Below are positions 1 to 11,869 of a stretch of 64,000 bases of DNA, in pieces (positions within the stretch are counted from its first letter, which is position 1; each line of letters opens with the position of its first letter). The stretch comes from Octopus vulgaris (Eukaryota). The position numbers and the translations under genes are program-made. The stretch spans positions 39,494,001 through 39,558,000 of the forward strand of contig OX597820.1 of assembly GCA_951406725.2 (NCBI GenBank), written 5' to 3'. A model generated the notes under the pieces. It saw only the letters and a list, made by a program, of their open reading frames with translations, had not been told where the DNA came from and made no database searches.

Positions 1-299
1 TGCCCTAACAAAGGCTTGGAGTCCTTCACTCCCAATGGTTTAACCACGCGATCAGGTATTCAGTCCGATTATTTCTATATCCCCGCGCATGGTACAGCCT
101 TAAGACGTTTATTGGATGGCCGTTGACTCTCAAGAGTTCCTCTGCCCTTTGACGGGTTTTGTTTTTCATCCCGCAGGGTGTCCAATAAATACTCTCTTCA
201 CCAAGCAAGCTTGGTGGGGTTGCCGGTTTAGTCGCCGACGACCCGACCATGCAACAGGTTGTACTGGGTTATATGTTACCAGTAGCACTCGAAAGTCAC
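1..299 (-). mobile_element. Probable 5' end of a non-LTR retroelement (GC/CpG-rich, structured)
   Basis: CpG-rich block in a CpG-poor intron, with short hairpins (actggtaacatataacccagt on -), ending abruptly at (CATA)n inside a SINE. Family not firmly identified. Confidence 0.4.
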
Positions 300-929
300 A
301 TACATACATACATACATACATAAATACACACATAAGTCCTGGGGTCGATTTGTTTGACTAAAAATCAAGGCAGTGCTCCAGTATGACTGCAATAAAATGA
401 CTGAAACAAATAAAAGAGTACAAGAATGTGTATGTTTGTGTGCAGATATTTGTACCTCCTTGTCTTGATGTCATGTGAGAGTTCTCAGATGATTGTCAGT
501 GTCATAAGCAGTGTTTTTCATATCCAATATTCTTTGAGAAAATGTCTGGACATGGAGAAATATTAATTAACTTGGAAACAGGTGAGAGTTGGCTACAAGA
601 AGGGCATCTGACCATAGAAAATCTGCCTCACTAATCTTTGTCTGATCCAGGAAAACATGATGATGATGATGATGTGTGTGTACATGTGTGTAAACACACA
701 CACACACACATCTTTGTGTATATATGTGTAAGTACATATATGTATACAGAGAGAAGTGTGTATGTGCATGTATATCCTGTTCACGTGTTTGTAGTGATCC
801 CCATACTTATTTCATTGATTGCTTCTTATGGAAATACAGATATACTCTTGGATGCATGCACACACATGCATGTACAGAAACATGCACACACATTTACTTT
901 ACTGGCACTTGTGCCAGTGTGCAGGTGAC

Positions 930-1160
930 ACGTAAAAAAAAACGGTGATTTTCCATGACCCTTGCCCATACCGGTGGCACGTAAAAGTACCCACTACACT
1001 CTCAGAATGGTTGGCATTAGGAAGGGCATCCAGCTGTAGAAACTCTGCCAAATCAAGATTGGAGCCTGGTGCAGCCATCTGGTTCTCCAGTCCTCAGTCA
1101 AATCATCCAACCCATGCTAGTATGGAATGTGGACATTAAACGATGATGATGATGATGATG
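930..1160 (+). mobile_element. SINE family B (RTE-type tail, (GAT)n end)
   Basis: ggcacgtaaaag...ttggcattaggaagggcatccagctgtaga...acccatgctag...ggacattaaacgatgatgatg. Homologs at ~5440-5615, 8210-8700, 9220-9520, 14805-15020, 16340-16590 and 34595-34848. Confidence 0.8.
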
Positions 1161-2599
1161 TACATGATATACTTCTGCTCAGTTTGCAGCTACTAAATGC
1201 AACTGCACATCACCTTGGATAACAAATGTAGCCTTAGATGGGCTCAGAAAGCATGAGTCCATCCAAAGCTACATTTACCTAAAGTAGCATAATTCATTTT
1301 ATTTGCTTCAGTCATCCAACTGCAGCCAATTCTGTGGCCCCCACCTGGAAGAATTTTAGTTGAACAAATCAATCCCAGTACTAATTCTTTTTTTTTTTTA
1401 ATGCCAGGTACTTATTGTATCCTATACCTTTGCAGAACTGCTAAGTTACAAGGGCATAAACACATCAACACCAGTTGTCAAGCAGTGGTGGGGGACATTT
1501 ACAAAGACACATACATAAATACACACACACACATACGCATGACTGGCTTCTTTCAGTTTCCCCTCTACAGATTCACTCACTAGGCTTTGGCTGGTTATAA
1601 CTATAGTAGAAGACAAGTAACGAAGCTGCCACACAGTGGGACTGAACCCAGAACCATGTGGCTGGTAATCAAACTTTTTATCACACAGCCACAGCTATAT
1701 GCAGTGGATTCAAACATGGAAGCATTGATTGAGAAGCAAACTTCTTTTCTTCTTGCATGTTGTGTGTGTGTGTGTGTGTGTGTGTGTACACACAAAATTT
1801 AATGGAAGAAGGATTTGAAGTCCGGGCATTCTGATACAATCCAGATCTGGTTAGCCTCATTGAATACTAGGGAACATACAGAATTGTTTGAGATAAACAA
1901 CTAAACAGTACTTCACTTGATAAGTAAACCCCGAGTTTGCTTTACTGGATTTCGTACAGCATACAGAGTATATAATCAAGACATCATAAAGCTAAATGGA
2001 GAATTATACACCTTCAGAACTTATTTATTAAAGCTTTATTCTCATTAAATTCAAATCTGATGTGTATTTCTGCTAGATAAATGGACATGCTCATCTAAAG
2101 AAGAAGTAGATATACTAGCTACTAGAAAGTTCATAATTGAGTTTGAAGGAAAATACTGGATAAAGTTAGACCTGATCAGTTTGACATTACTATGGGCTTC
2201 AGCAATTCCACTGTACCCAAGGATGAGCTTAATGGGTAAATCCAAGATTAACACTCAAATGAAATTATATATGTAGGCATGGCTGAGTGTTAAGAATCGT
2301 GCTTTACCATCAAGTAGTTTCAAGAAGCTCAGTCTCACAGCTTGACACTTGGGGCAAGTGTCTTCTACTATATAGTTCCAAGCTGACCAAAGCCTTGTGA
2401 GTGAATTTAGTTGACAGGAACCGAAAACTTTCTCACAATGTATTTGTGTGTGTGCATTTGTATTTCTCCTTGTCTTGATATCGCATTATAATTGCAAACA
2501 AACATCTTTGTCACCCAAGCTGTTTTGTTTGTTAGCCATCTTTCATGAAAGCATGTGCGAACTAAAGGCGCAGAACATGTGTGAACTATAAATGTAGAA

Positions 2600-2975
2600 G
2601 TGCCTGTGTGGTAAGAAGCTTGCTTCCCAACTAAATGGTTCCGGTTCAGTCTTACTCCGTGGCACCTTAGGCAAGTGTCTTCTACTATAGCCTTGGGCTG
2701 ACCAAAGCATTGTGAGTGGATTTGTTAGATGGAAGCTGAAAGAAGCCTGTCGTATATGTGTGTGTGTGTATTTGTGTCTGTGTTTGTCCCCCCATCATCA
2801 GTTGACAACTGATGTTGGTGTGTTTACATCCCCATAACTTAGCAGTTTGGCAAAAAAGACTGATAGAATAAATACTAGGCTTTCAAAGAATAAGTCTTAG
2901 AGTCGATTTGTTTAACTGAAGGTGGTGCTCCAACATGACTGCTGTCAAATGACTGAAACAATTAAAAGAATAAAA
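2600..2975 (+). mobile_element. tRNA-derived SINE family A
   Basis: Pol III-like head (gtgtggtaag...ggttcagtc), internal (TG)n, tail gactgaaaca..taaaagaa. Many copies in the window. Confidence 0.85.
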
Positions 2976-3175
2976 CAAACCATTACCTTACTTGGATACA
3001 GGTGAGGTTAACAACAAGAGTGTCCATTCAGTTTTAGAAAATCTACCTCAACAAATTTTATCTTACCCATAAAGCACCTGGAATGGTATACATTAAAATG
3101 ATAAATATGTATGCATGCATGTATGTGTGTATCTCTATCTGTTTCTGTCTAAATGTATATGCTTATTTTTTGCAG

Positions 3176-3297
3176 GAACTTATCTTTAGATTAGATGGCT
3201 TTCGTCCATTTGGTTGGTACCTTACATTATTGCAATTTGCTTGGTATAGCTTCTTCGGTATTGTGGAATCTCACTGGAAAAAGGAAGACGCACGGAA
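3176..3297 (+). CDS. SLC35B3: SLC35B3/PAPST2 internal coding exon (first in window; upstream exons outside window)
   Basis: ttttttgcag| acceptor and |gtaagt donor. Encodes ELIFRLDGFRPFGWYLTLLQFAWYSFFGIVESHWKKEDAR(K), matching the PAPST2 ELIF...GWYLTLVQF segment. 122 nt, phase 0 to 2. Confidence 0.93.
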
Positions 3298-4656
3298 GTA
3301 AGTGGCAAACTATTACACTCGGAATTCGTAGAGACTGTATTATTTGTTTTTCGTGCTTGCACATTCATGATGTAGCCAAAATGACGCCCTACGATATAAG
3401 TCTTACTCTGCAAAACTAGAAAATGCTTCTGCTCTGGTTAATTGCTTAATTGCTTACTCATTACAGAGTTCAAGTAAACAACAATTTAGTCTCTTTAAAC
3501 AGCCAATTAACTAGCTCCACTTCTGTCCATAAGCAGACATTGATATTCTCCTGACACTCTTAGTTTTTGTGAGCAAATATCTGATTGCTGGAGTGGAAAC
3601 ATGCTTTGGCATTTAGTGGGATTTGAACTCTGAATATTAAAAAGCTGCAGCAAATATCATAAAGCCTTCGTTTGATGCTATAAAAATTCTGTTTTTGTAT
3701 TTGGTGTGCAGGATTTTTGATGTGAAACCGTTTGTTGAAACAGATTTTGTTGTATGTCTAGAGTAGAGATGGCATGTCTTTGAAGAGGCTTGTAAATAGT
3801 GATAAAAGGAGTTTAGCCGACACAACTGATTGATTGATTAATCAAATGATTAAGCAAACAATTGGTTAGTTAGTTGGTTAAATAGGTAATCAGCTGATGA
3901 ATAATGACATAGAAGTGAAATCGAAAATCTGTGTGTGTTTATTATGGCAAAATGAACTTCCTGGGATGCAAACAAATCTGCTACCTGTGACTGATATCTT
4001 TCATTGATTCCAAAATGATGAAAGGAAAATTTGAACTTGGTGGGATTTGAAATCAGAATTCAAAGAGCTGGACTGATTATTTCATAGCATTTTGTTGACA
4101 GTAACAACTGTTTATTCACCAATTTTCAATAGCATAATGACACAACTTTTGTATATAATCAGTCACCTTATTGAAAACTGCCACCTGACCCTTGAGTGCT
4201 TTAGCACATGTTATCAGATCTAGTCTCTGACTAGAAGACAACACTTTCTCTTCTTCCTACCAGTCACAGATGGTCTGAAAAATTCCAATGGACTCTGCCA
4301 TTTCTCTTCTGACAGAGCAATAAATAAAAAGAGCTGCTAATGTTTATATTGACAAACTATCTAATACTAATGATTTATGTTTAAAGTCAGGTGGTCTGAG
4401 GTATTAAATGGAAATAAATGTTTTAATGTGTTGGTCATAGAAACATTACAGTGTTAAATGAGCATAAGCTGTTCATTTATTGACTCAACTATTTTATATG
4501 CATCTACATGTAAAATAGTAATGATATATTTTTTATTGGAACAATTATGCTTGCTAAAAGTTTAAATATCTGAGATGAGTTACCATTAATAAGATAATCT
4601 TTCAGAGTATTAATCCTATCTTTATTTTTATTTGGTGAGTCGACAGAATCATTAGG

Positions 4657-4812
4657 TGCAGGAGTGGCAGTGTGGTAGCTTGATTACCAATCACATGGTT
4701 CTGGGTTCATTCCCACTGCATGGCACCTTGGGCAAGTGTCTTCTACTATAGCCTTGGGCCGACCAAAGCCTTGTCAGTGGATTTGGTAGACGGAAACTGA
4801 AAGAAGCCTGTC

Positions 4813-4846
<34 letters not shown>

Positions 4847-5087
4847 ATATGTGTGTATGTATGTGTGTGTATATGTTTGTGTGTCTATGTTTGTCCCCCC
4901 AACATCACTTGATAACCGATACTGGTGTGATTGCATCCCCGTAACTTAGCAGTTCGGCAAAAGAGACTGATAGGATAAGTACTAGGCTTACAAAGAATAA
5001 GTCCTGGGGTCGATTTGCTCGACTAAAGATGGTGCTCCAGCATGGCCGCAGTGAAATGACTGAAACAAGTAAAAGAGTAAAAGAGAG
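4657..5087 (+). mobile_element. tRNA-derived SINE family A
   Basis: gcaggagtggcagtgtggtag...gggttcattcccactgc, internal (TA)/(TG) microsatellite, tail (taaaagag)n. Confidence 0.88.
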
Positions 5088-6381
5088 CATTGGACAAAAT
5101 AACTTGTGTAATTCTTTTGAGTTCAAATTTTGCTGAGGTCAACTTTGCTTTTCACCAATAAAATTAGGTACCACCAGTCAAGTACCGGGTTGATGGTATT
5201 GAATCACCCACCTCACTCAAATTGCTGACTTTGTGTATTAGAAACCATTATCATCATTGTTTTCATTGTTATTATGTTTTTTGATTAAATTCTGATACAA
5301 TTCTGTACATCCTAAAACAAAGATTCCATACACACACACACACACATACACACACACAAAATCATTGGTGTGGATGCTGGTGTGACAGAAAAAAACACTG
5401 GTGTTGGTGCCGTGTAAAATATCACTGGTGCTGGTGTTAATGTAAAAGCTCCTAGTACACTTTGTAAAGTGGTTGGCATAAGGAGAGGCATCCAGCTGTA
5501 GGAACCAAGTCAAAACAGACTATGTAACCTGGTATGGCCCCTGGGTTTGCCAGTTCCTCTCAAGCCATCCAACCCATGCCATTATGGAAAACAGACATTA
5601 AATGATGATGATGATAAATGCTTAGAGCCAGAAAAGCACTAGAATATTTGGTCCAACCAAACGGTTGTTGTATCTTAGTAATGAGTCGAGCAAAACTCAT
5701 TTATAAGCAACACAGCAATTCACAAAAGTTAGTAGTGGCACTCTTCTGGCAAGAACATATGCTTTCTTTTTATAATCGCATATATTTTGTGTATGTTAGT
5801 CGTGTTATGGGCTGTGATGAGCTATGTGGCTTTGATGGAGAGGATTGCAGATGTGGTAGACGGAAGTGAAGACTGCAGGGGCCTGTGGCACAGCCACGGG
5901 GCATGCATGGGCAGGAAGCACGTGTGGCAGTTCGAGCAGAGACGGCAGCGTGCAAGGACGTGTTTATTTCTTGAGAGCTCTTTGTTTGGTTTAGCTCATT
6001 TTTGACTTCTAGTGTAGTAATAGTAAGGAATGCTCAGTCTAAAGTATTGGTGCTTCAAATTCATATGACTCTGATCTTCCTGACATGATTATGTAATAAA
6101 TCAATTTGCTTTAAGAGATTCAGCAAAATGTGTTTTTAATGACTCTCTGACTCATGTGTCTCAGAGTCACTGATGAGGTCGCAGAATGTGTGAGGAAAGA
6201 ACTTTGACAGACAAATGAACTAAAAATCATTATAATAAAACCAAAGTGAAGATCAAGTAAATAGCACATGTAATTAATTGGCAAAAGACAATCATCCCTA
6301 AGAATAACAAGGTGTGTTTTTAATTTGTTATGAAATAATTTGTAATCACACAATCATCTATTGGCTGGCAATGAATTCTAG

Positions 6382-6577
6382 GCTGATCAGGAACCCAACC
6401 TAGGCCCCCATATCTATGGCGTTCGCCACTGGAATAAGGAGTGGTTGGAGATCACGCGGTCGTTAGCCTTAAATCGCCAGGCCTGGTCGGCGTTTGTGAG
6501 AGATGCAGCATTGAGGATAAATGAAGCCAGCTCAACCCACACCGGGTGAATGCTGTAAGAAGAAGAAGAAGAAGAAG
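6382..6577 (+). mobile_element. 5'-truncated RTE-clade LINE 3' end with (AAG)n tail and 12-bp TSD
   Basis: TSD aatgaattctag at 6370-6381 and 6578-6589. Encodes ADQEPNLGPHIYGVRHWNKEWLEITRSLALNRQAWSAFVRDAALRINEASSTHTG*, an RTE-type C-terminus (LAxxRxxW). Confidence 0.8.
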
Positions 6578-7485
6578 AATGAATTCTAGAAGCATGGTGG
6601 GATGTGATATACTTAAAAGTTCCATTAAATGTGTGGTTGTTGAAGAGGTGGGGGGAAAAAGGGACAATTGCTGGACCATCCCTGAGGTTCTGTTGTGCGT
6701 AAAGCTGCCGGAGCTAAATTTAGTGAGTTTTTGAAATATTTTGGTACAAAACCAAACACATATTTTATGAACACTAGAACATATTTTAAATCTTAATTGA
6801 AAATAGACAGGTAACCAATGATCATCATCATCATCATCATCATGTGTCTGTGTTTCCTTGATTTGATATAGTGTGATAAATGTAAAATGAACATCTTATC
6901 ATATAAGCATTGTTCTTCATTTCCAGTCTTTTGTGAAATATATCCAACTATGGGGAAATATTACTTTCCTTGGAAACAGGTAGTTCACCTTGCTATAGAA
7001 AATCTGCCTTAACAAATTCTATCTGACCCATGCAAGCATGGAAAGTGGATATTAAGAAGATGGTATAGTAATATTAGCAGATGTCTTGGATATATACAAG
7101 GCCACAAATTTGGGGAAAAGTTGCAATTAATTTTTATCAACCCCCAGTATTTGATTGGTATTTAAATTTTATGAGCTCCAGAAGGTTGAAATACAAAGTT
7201 CATTTGGTATGATTTGAACTTAGAATGTAAAGAGTTGTATGTAGACACTGCAATACATTTTGTCTGATACACTAATAACTCTGCCGTTCCACCTACTCCT
7301 GTAGATGTAATCTGTATACAATGTTTTCATGTTTTATGTAATTTCTTAAAGTTATGGCATCTAATATTTGCGGTTGGATGATTATTTGTTATTTGTCACT
7401 GCTGCTCTGTTGAGTGAGAGCTGGACATCCTTCTTTTGTTAGTTGACCAACTGGTGAAAGTGGTGACCATAATTAGATTTGAACT

Positions 7486-7701
7486 GACAGAATCGTTAGC
7501 ACGCTGGGCGAAATGCTTAGCAGTAGTCTGCCACTACGTTCTGAGTTCAAATTCTGCCGAGGTTGACTTTGCCTTTCATCCTTTCGGGGTCGATTAAATA
7601 AATACTAGTTACACACTGGGATCGATGTAATCGACTTAATCCCTTTGTCTGTCCTTGTTTGTCTCCTCTATGTTTAGCCCCTTGTGGGCAATAAAGAAAT
7701 A
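7486..7701 (+). mobile_element. SINE family C with extended tail and 15-bp TSD
   Basis: TSD aattagatttgaact at 7471-7485 and 7702-7716. Body gaatcgttagcacg...gagttcaaattc...gactttgcctttcatcc, tail gccccttgtgggcaataaagaaataa. Family copies at ~18370-18580, 25365-25820, 41315-41530, 45551-45770, 48090-48300, 59965-60170 and 60820-61030. Confidence 0.85.
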
Positions 7702-7760
7702 AATTAGATTTGAACTTATAACCATGTTGATTTTTGACTCTTTCTTTCTTTGAAATGCAG

Positions 7761-7915
7761 AGCACCATTAAGGACATATAGCATACTAGCTTTCATCTCA
7801 GTAGCAACTATTGGATTGTCAAATTCTTCTATGGGTTATTTGAACTTCCCAACGCAACAGATTTTTAAGTCTTGCAAACTTATTCCAGTCATGATTGGTG
7901 GAATTATCATTCAAG
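7761..7915 (+). CDS. SLC35B3: SLC35B3 coding exon
   Basis: tgcag| acceptor, |gtaag donor. APLRTYSILAFISVATIGLSNSSMGYLNFPTQQIFKSCKLIPVMIGGIIIQ(G) contains the SLC35B motif YLNxPTQxIFKxCKLIPVM. 155 nt, phase 2 to 1. Confidence 0.96.
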
Positions 7916-8209
7916 GTAAGAAATTTTGTATTTTGTTTTTCCTAACTATTTATAGTAGAAATGTTTTCTGTCATCAGAAACTTTAATGAGATACTAGTGA
8001 GAGTTATGGTATCTGTAGCTTAAAAGTTATTATTTAACCTTGGTTCAGTACTGATCAGGTAGAAAGATCATCAAAGACATGGATGGCAAGGTGAGTTTGG
8101 ATCTTTGAAAACATAGTTACAGATGTCAAATTGGCTTTGCATTGAAGGTAGACCTAGCAGCCACATCTTCCTCAAATCCAGCCTACCATCATAAGTGAAA
8201 AGAGACTAA

Positions 8210-8700
8210 TCATCATCATCATCATCATCGTCGTTTAACGTCCGTTTTCCATGCTAGCATGGGTTGGACGGTTTTGACTGGGGGCTGGCAACCAGATGGC
8301 TGCACCAGACTCCAGTCTTGATCTGACAGTGTTTCTACAGCCGGATGCCCTTCCTAATACCAACCACTCCGAGAGTGTAGTGGGTGTTTTTTACGTGCCA
8401 CCTGCACGGGGGCCAGTAAGGCGGTACTGGCAACGACCTCGCTGGAATCTTTTTACACATGCCACCAGCACAGGTGCCAGTGAAGCGACATTGGTAACAA
8501 TCACGTTCGAATGGTGCCCTTTTACGTGCCATGGGTACAGAAGCCAGTTGGCTGCTCTGGCAATGATCACAACGATCACACTCGGATGGTGTTCTTGGCA
8601 CCCTACTAGCACGATCATACTCGAATAGCCTCTCTGTCAACGATCACACTCGTATGGTGCTCTTTGCACCCCGCTAGCACGGATGCCAGTCATCGAAATG
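8210..8700 (-). mobile_element. SINE family B with internal ~40-45 bp tandem repeats
   Basis: (CAT)n tail on +; repeated units like cgatcacactcg.atggtgc.ttttacgtgccacc.gcac. Confidence 0.8.
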
Positions 8701-9693
8701 ATTTTGATTTTGATTTTGATTTCACTTGCCACAACAGGTCTTCGCAAGCAAAGTTTAGTGACCAAAGAAGGGAAAAATTCTAGTTGGAACACAGATGAAA
8801 TGCCTTTCATAATAAGTCTGTTTGATCAGGACTGACCTGGGGCTAAACAACAACAGAAATGAAAGTAGTAATTGGTCATGTGGTTAAGAAATTCACTTCT
8901 CAGCCACATGGCTTCAGATTCAATCCTGCTGTGTGACATTTTGGAAAGTGTCTTCTACAGCCCTGACCTAATCAATTCTTTGTGATGTACTTTGGTCAAT
9001 TGAAACTGAAAAGTGGCTGTTGTGAATGTGTGTGCGTAAATAGTTACAAAGCTACACTGAGGTATGGTTACAGATGGTGATGTTATTCTTTGCAGCTCAG
9101 TTACAAGTAGTGAAGTCACTGTTTGATATTGAGCTGCTACCAATGATGATGTTAGCCTTCCTGTCAACAAATCATCTGCTAGTTCTGTACTTTTCAGTTC
9201 ATTTGGAATCATCAATTATCACCATCATCGTTTAGCGTCTGCTTTCCATGCTAGCATGGGTTGGACGGTTCAACTGGGGTCTGGGTAGCCAGAGGGCTGC
9301 ACCAGGCCCAGTCTGATCTGGCAGTGTTTCTACGGCTGGATGCCCTTCCTAATGCCAACCACTCTGTGAGTGTAGTGGGTACTTTTTACGTGTCACCGGC
9401 ACAGGTGCCAGACGAGGCTGGCAAATGGCTACGGTCGGATGGTGCTTTTTACGTGCCACCGGCACGGAGGCAAGGCGAGGCTGGCAACAGCCACAATCGG
9501 ATGGTGCTTTTTACGTACTTGAAAAACTGATATGGATTGGTGACAAGAAATGCATTCAGCTGTATAAATTCTTCCTCAGTTTCTTCCTTTCTTAGCCAAC
9601 TTAGCATGAGAAAAAAACAAAACACAGGTAAGCAAATTGAATATTATTTAATAAGCCTATTTTCATTGAGACTTATTAATATTTTTCTTTCAG

Positions 9694-9801
9694 GTAAACG
9701 CTATAGTTTCATCGATGTCATTGCCTGCATTTCCATGTGTGTTGGACTGGCTCTGTTCACCATAGCTGATAGTACGGTATCACCTAATTTCAATGTTTAT
9801 G
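9694..9801 (+). CDS. SLC35B3: SLC35B3 coding exon
   Basis: tttctttcag| acceptor, |gtgagt donor. (G)KRYSFIDVIACISMCVGLALFTIADSTVSPNFNVY(G). 108 nt, phase 1 to 1. Confidence 0.95.
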
Positions 9802-11494
9802 GTGAGTAAAGTATAGCTTCTATTTGTTGTTAAATTTACCAATATTTTAGAATAAACTCACAATAGAAATACGGAAATAGTAATTTGTTGTCTGGTTTAA
9901 TACTACCACCTGGTTTTTGGATGCCTTTAGCTGAGTGAGCCATTCTGGTGGGTGAGAATGGCAAGAGTGACCTGGTTAAATAACTCTATTTAAACATGCG
10001 ACTAGGAACTAGGAAAGAGTATTTGCTTTCATGTATCAGAGTAGTTCTATTTTGTGTGAGGTGCATTATATATACATGTGTGTGCATGCATGTGTAAATG
10101 TTTACACAACTACACTGAGCTATGGCTGTTAATAGTGATATTACTCTCTACTGCTCAGTTATGGACTTTCATTCTCTTCAGGTACATGACTTCATTTTTT
10201 TTTTTAAGACCAAATTCCATTTTGATGTCCTTGCAAAAGCTGTGAATTATGTTCACTAATAAACTGAGACCATCCATAAATAATAGATGGTTGTTCTTTT
10301 GTTGATTTCTTTTAAGCTCATATCCAAATGTTACTTTTCTCAGAAGCAGTGTTGAAGGAATCATGCATAAAACAAATAGTAACGGATACTCACTGTCTCT
10401 TTGAAAAATCTCTCTTCTGTTTCTTAACATTCATTGGTTCTGTCCAAATGATGTGAGTTCAGTCTTCCAACTTTCCTTGCCTTTTCTCAAAAACTTGACA
10501 ATCACAAACATGTTCAAACATTCATTGATCCATTAAATGTGGTATTATGTCATAGGCCTAATTTTAATATTGGTTGGTGCAAAGTTAGATTTGCGAAAAA
10601 GTGGTTTTACTCCCTAATAGAGAAATTTGCTTGTTGAAACTTTCTACTAGACTTATCTTTAATAGGGCTGGCTCTAGTGAAATTAATGCAAATATACAAA
10701 TGCTCTTCACTCTAGTACATTACAGATTGCTTGACATTATAGAATTTATTGTATTCTTAGACTATATATATCACTGAATTCCCTTATTTTTGTGTTCTTG
10801 CTTAGTTCATGATCAGCTCCACTTAAATGTCATTCCAGTTGGAACCATCCTCTCTTTTATTTAGGCATAGTTTATCCATGACTACATTATCTATTAAGAT
10901 GGTAGGATCTCATTTGAGGATGAGTTGAAAAAGGATTCATTTGTCCCTAATTAAGAGAATTTTTTTCATTAGTACTATGGAAATATTAATATCAGTTGAC
11001 AAGGATGGTAGACTTGTGGAAGTAGTTGAACTGGGAACAAAATGCCTAACAAGATTTAATTATGACCCTTTGTGTTTTGTGTTCAAATCTTGCTGATGTC
11101 AGTTTCTAGGTGCCATCCTTCTAGCTAGTATCAATAAAATAAGTACCAATTGAAAACTGAAGTTGGTTTAATTGACTATTATCTCTGCTTTCCCAAATGT
11201 AATTCTTTTGAGTTCAAATTTTGCTGAGGTCAACTTTGCTTTTCACCAATAAAATTAGGTACCACCAGTCAAGTACTGGGTTGATGGTATTGAATTACCC
11301 CACCCCACTCAAATTGCTGACTTTGTGTATTAGAAACCATTATCATCATTGTTATTATGTTTATTGATTAAATTCTGAAACAATTCTGTACATCCTAAAA
11401 CAAAGATTCCATACACACACACACACACATACACACACAAAATTGTACCAAAATTAGACATTAATATTAATCGGTAATGTTTCTTTTTTTGCAG

Positions 11495-11592
11495 GAATAT
11501 TTATAATATTGTTGGCGTTGTGTGCAGATGCTGTGATTGGAAATGTGCAAGAGAAAGTATTGAAGAAGTTCAATTGTAGCAATATAGAAATG
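11495..11592 (+). CDS. SLC35B3: SLC35B3 coding exon (not in ORF track)
   Basis: tttttttgcag| acceptor, |gtaaaa donor. (G)IFIILLALCADAVIGNVQEKVLKKFNCSNIEM with the conserved ALCADAVIGNVQEK. 98 nt, phase 1 to 0. Confidence 0.95.
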
Positions 11593-11869
11593 GTAAAAAT
11601 AATCATTTATTAACTTTTAACCAATTGTTGTTTTTGATTAGCTCTAAAGTCACCTCTGAACACACTTTTGAGTAAGATATTTAATTATGATCCTCTGAAT
11701 TTTTAGTTCAAATTCTGACAAAGACACTTTTTTACTTACCATTCTTCTGTAGTTAGTAAAATAAGCACCAGTTGAGCTCTGGAGTTGAATTAACAAACTG
11801 TTGTTACTGATGGGCTGAAGCTTTCACCCAGCAGCACAATTCCTCGAAGACTATCATCTGAACTATGAG

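Noticed and set aside
220-299. HDV-like ribozyme at the retroelement 5' end
   Set aside because: Hairpins are present, but I could not build the nested double pseudoknot (P1/P1.1/P2/P3) by eye.
3890-3930. CTGATGA...GAAA hammerhead candidate
   Set aside because: No stem II complementarity and no cleavage-site stems.
5814-5900. Intronic C/D snoRNA (GTGATGA box C)
   Set aside because: No CTGA box D with a terminal stem at a suitable distance.
8390-8700. Repeat-spacer-like pattern suggestive of a CRISPR array
   Set aside because: Units are degenerate tandem copies inside a eukaryotic SINE; no unique spacers and no cas genes.
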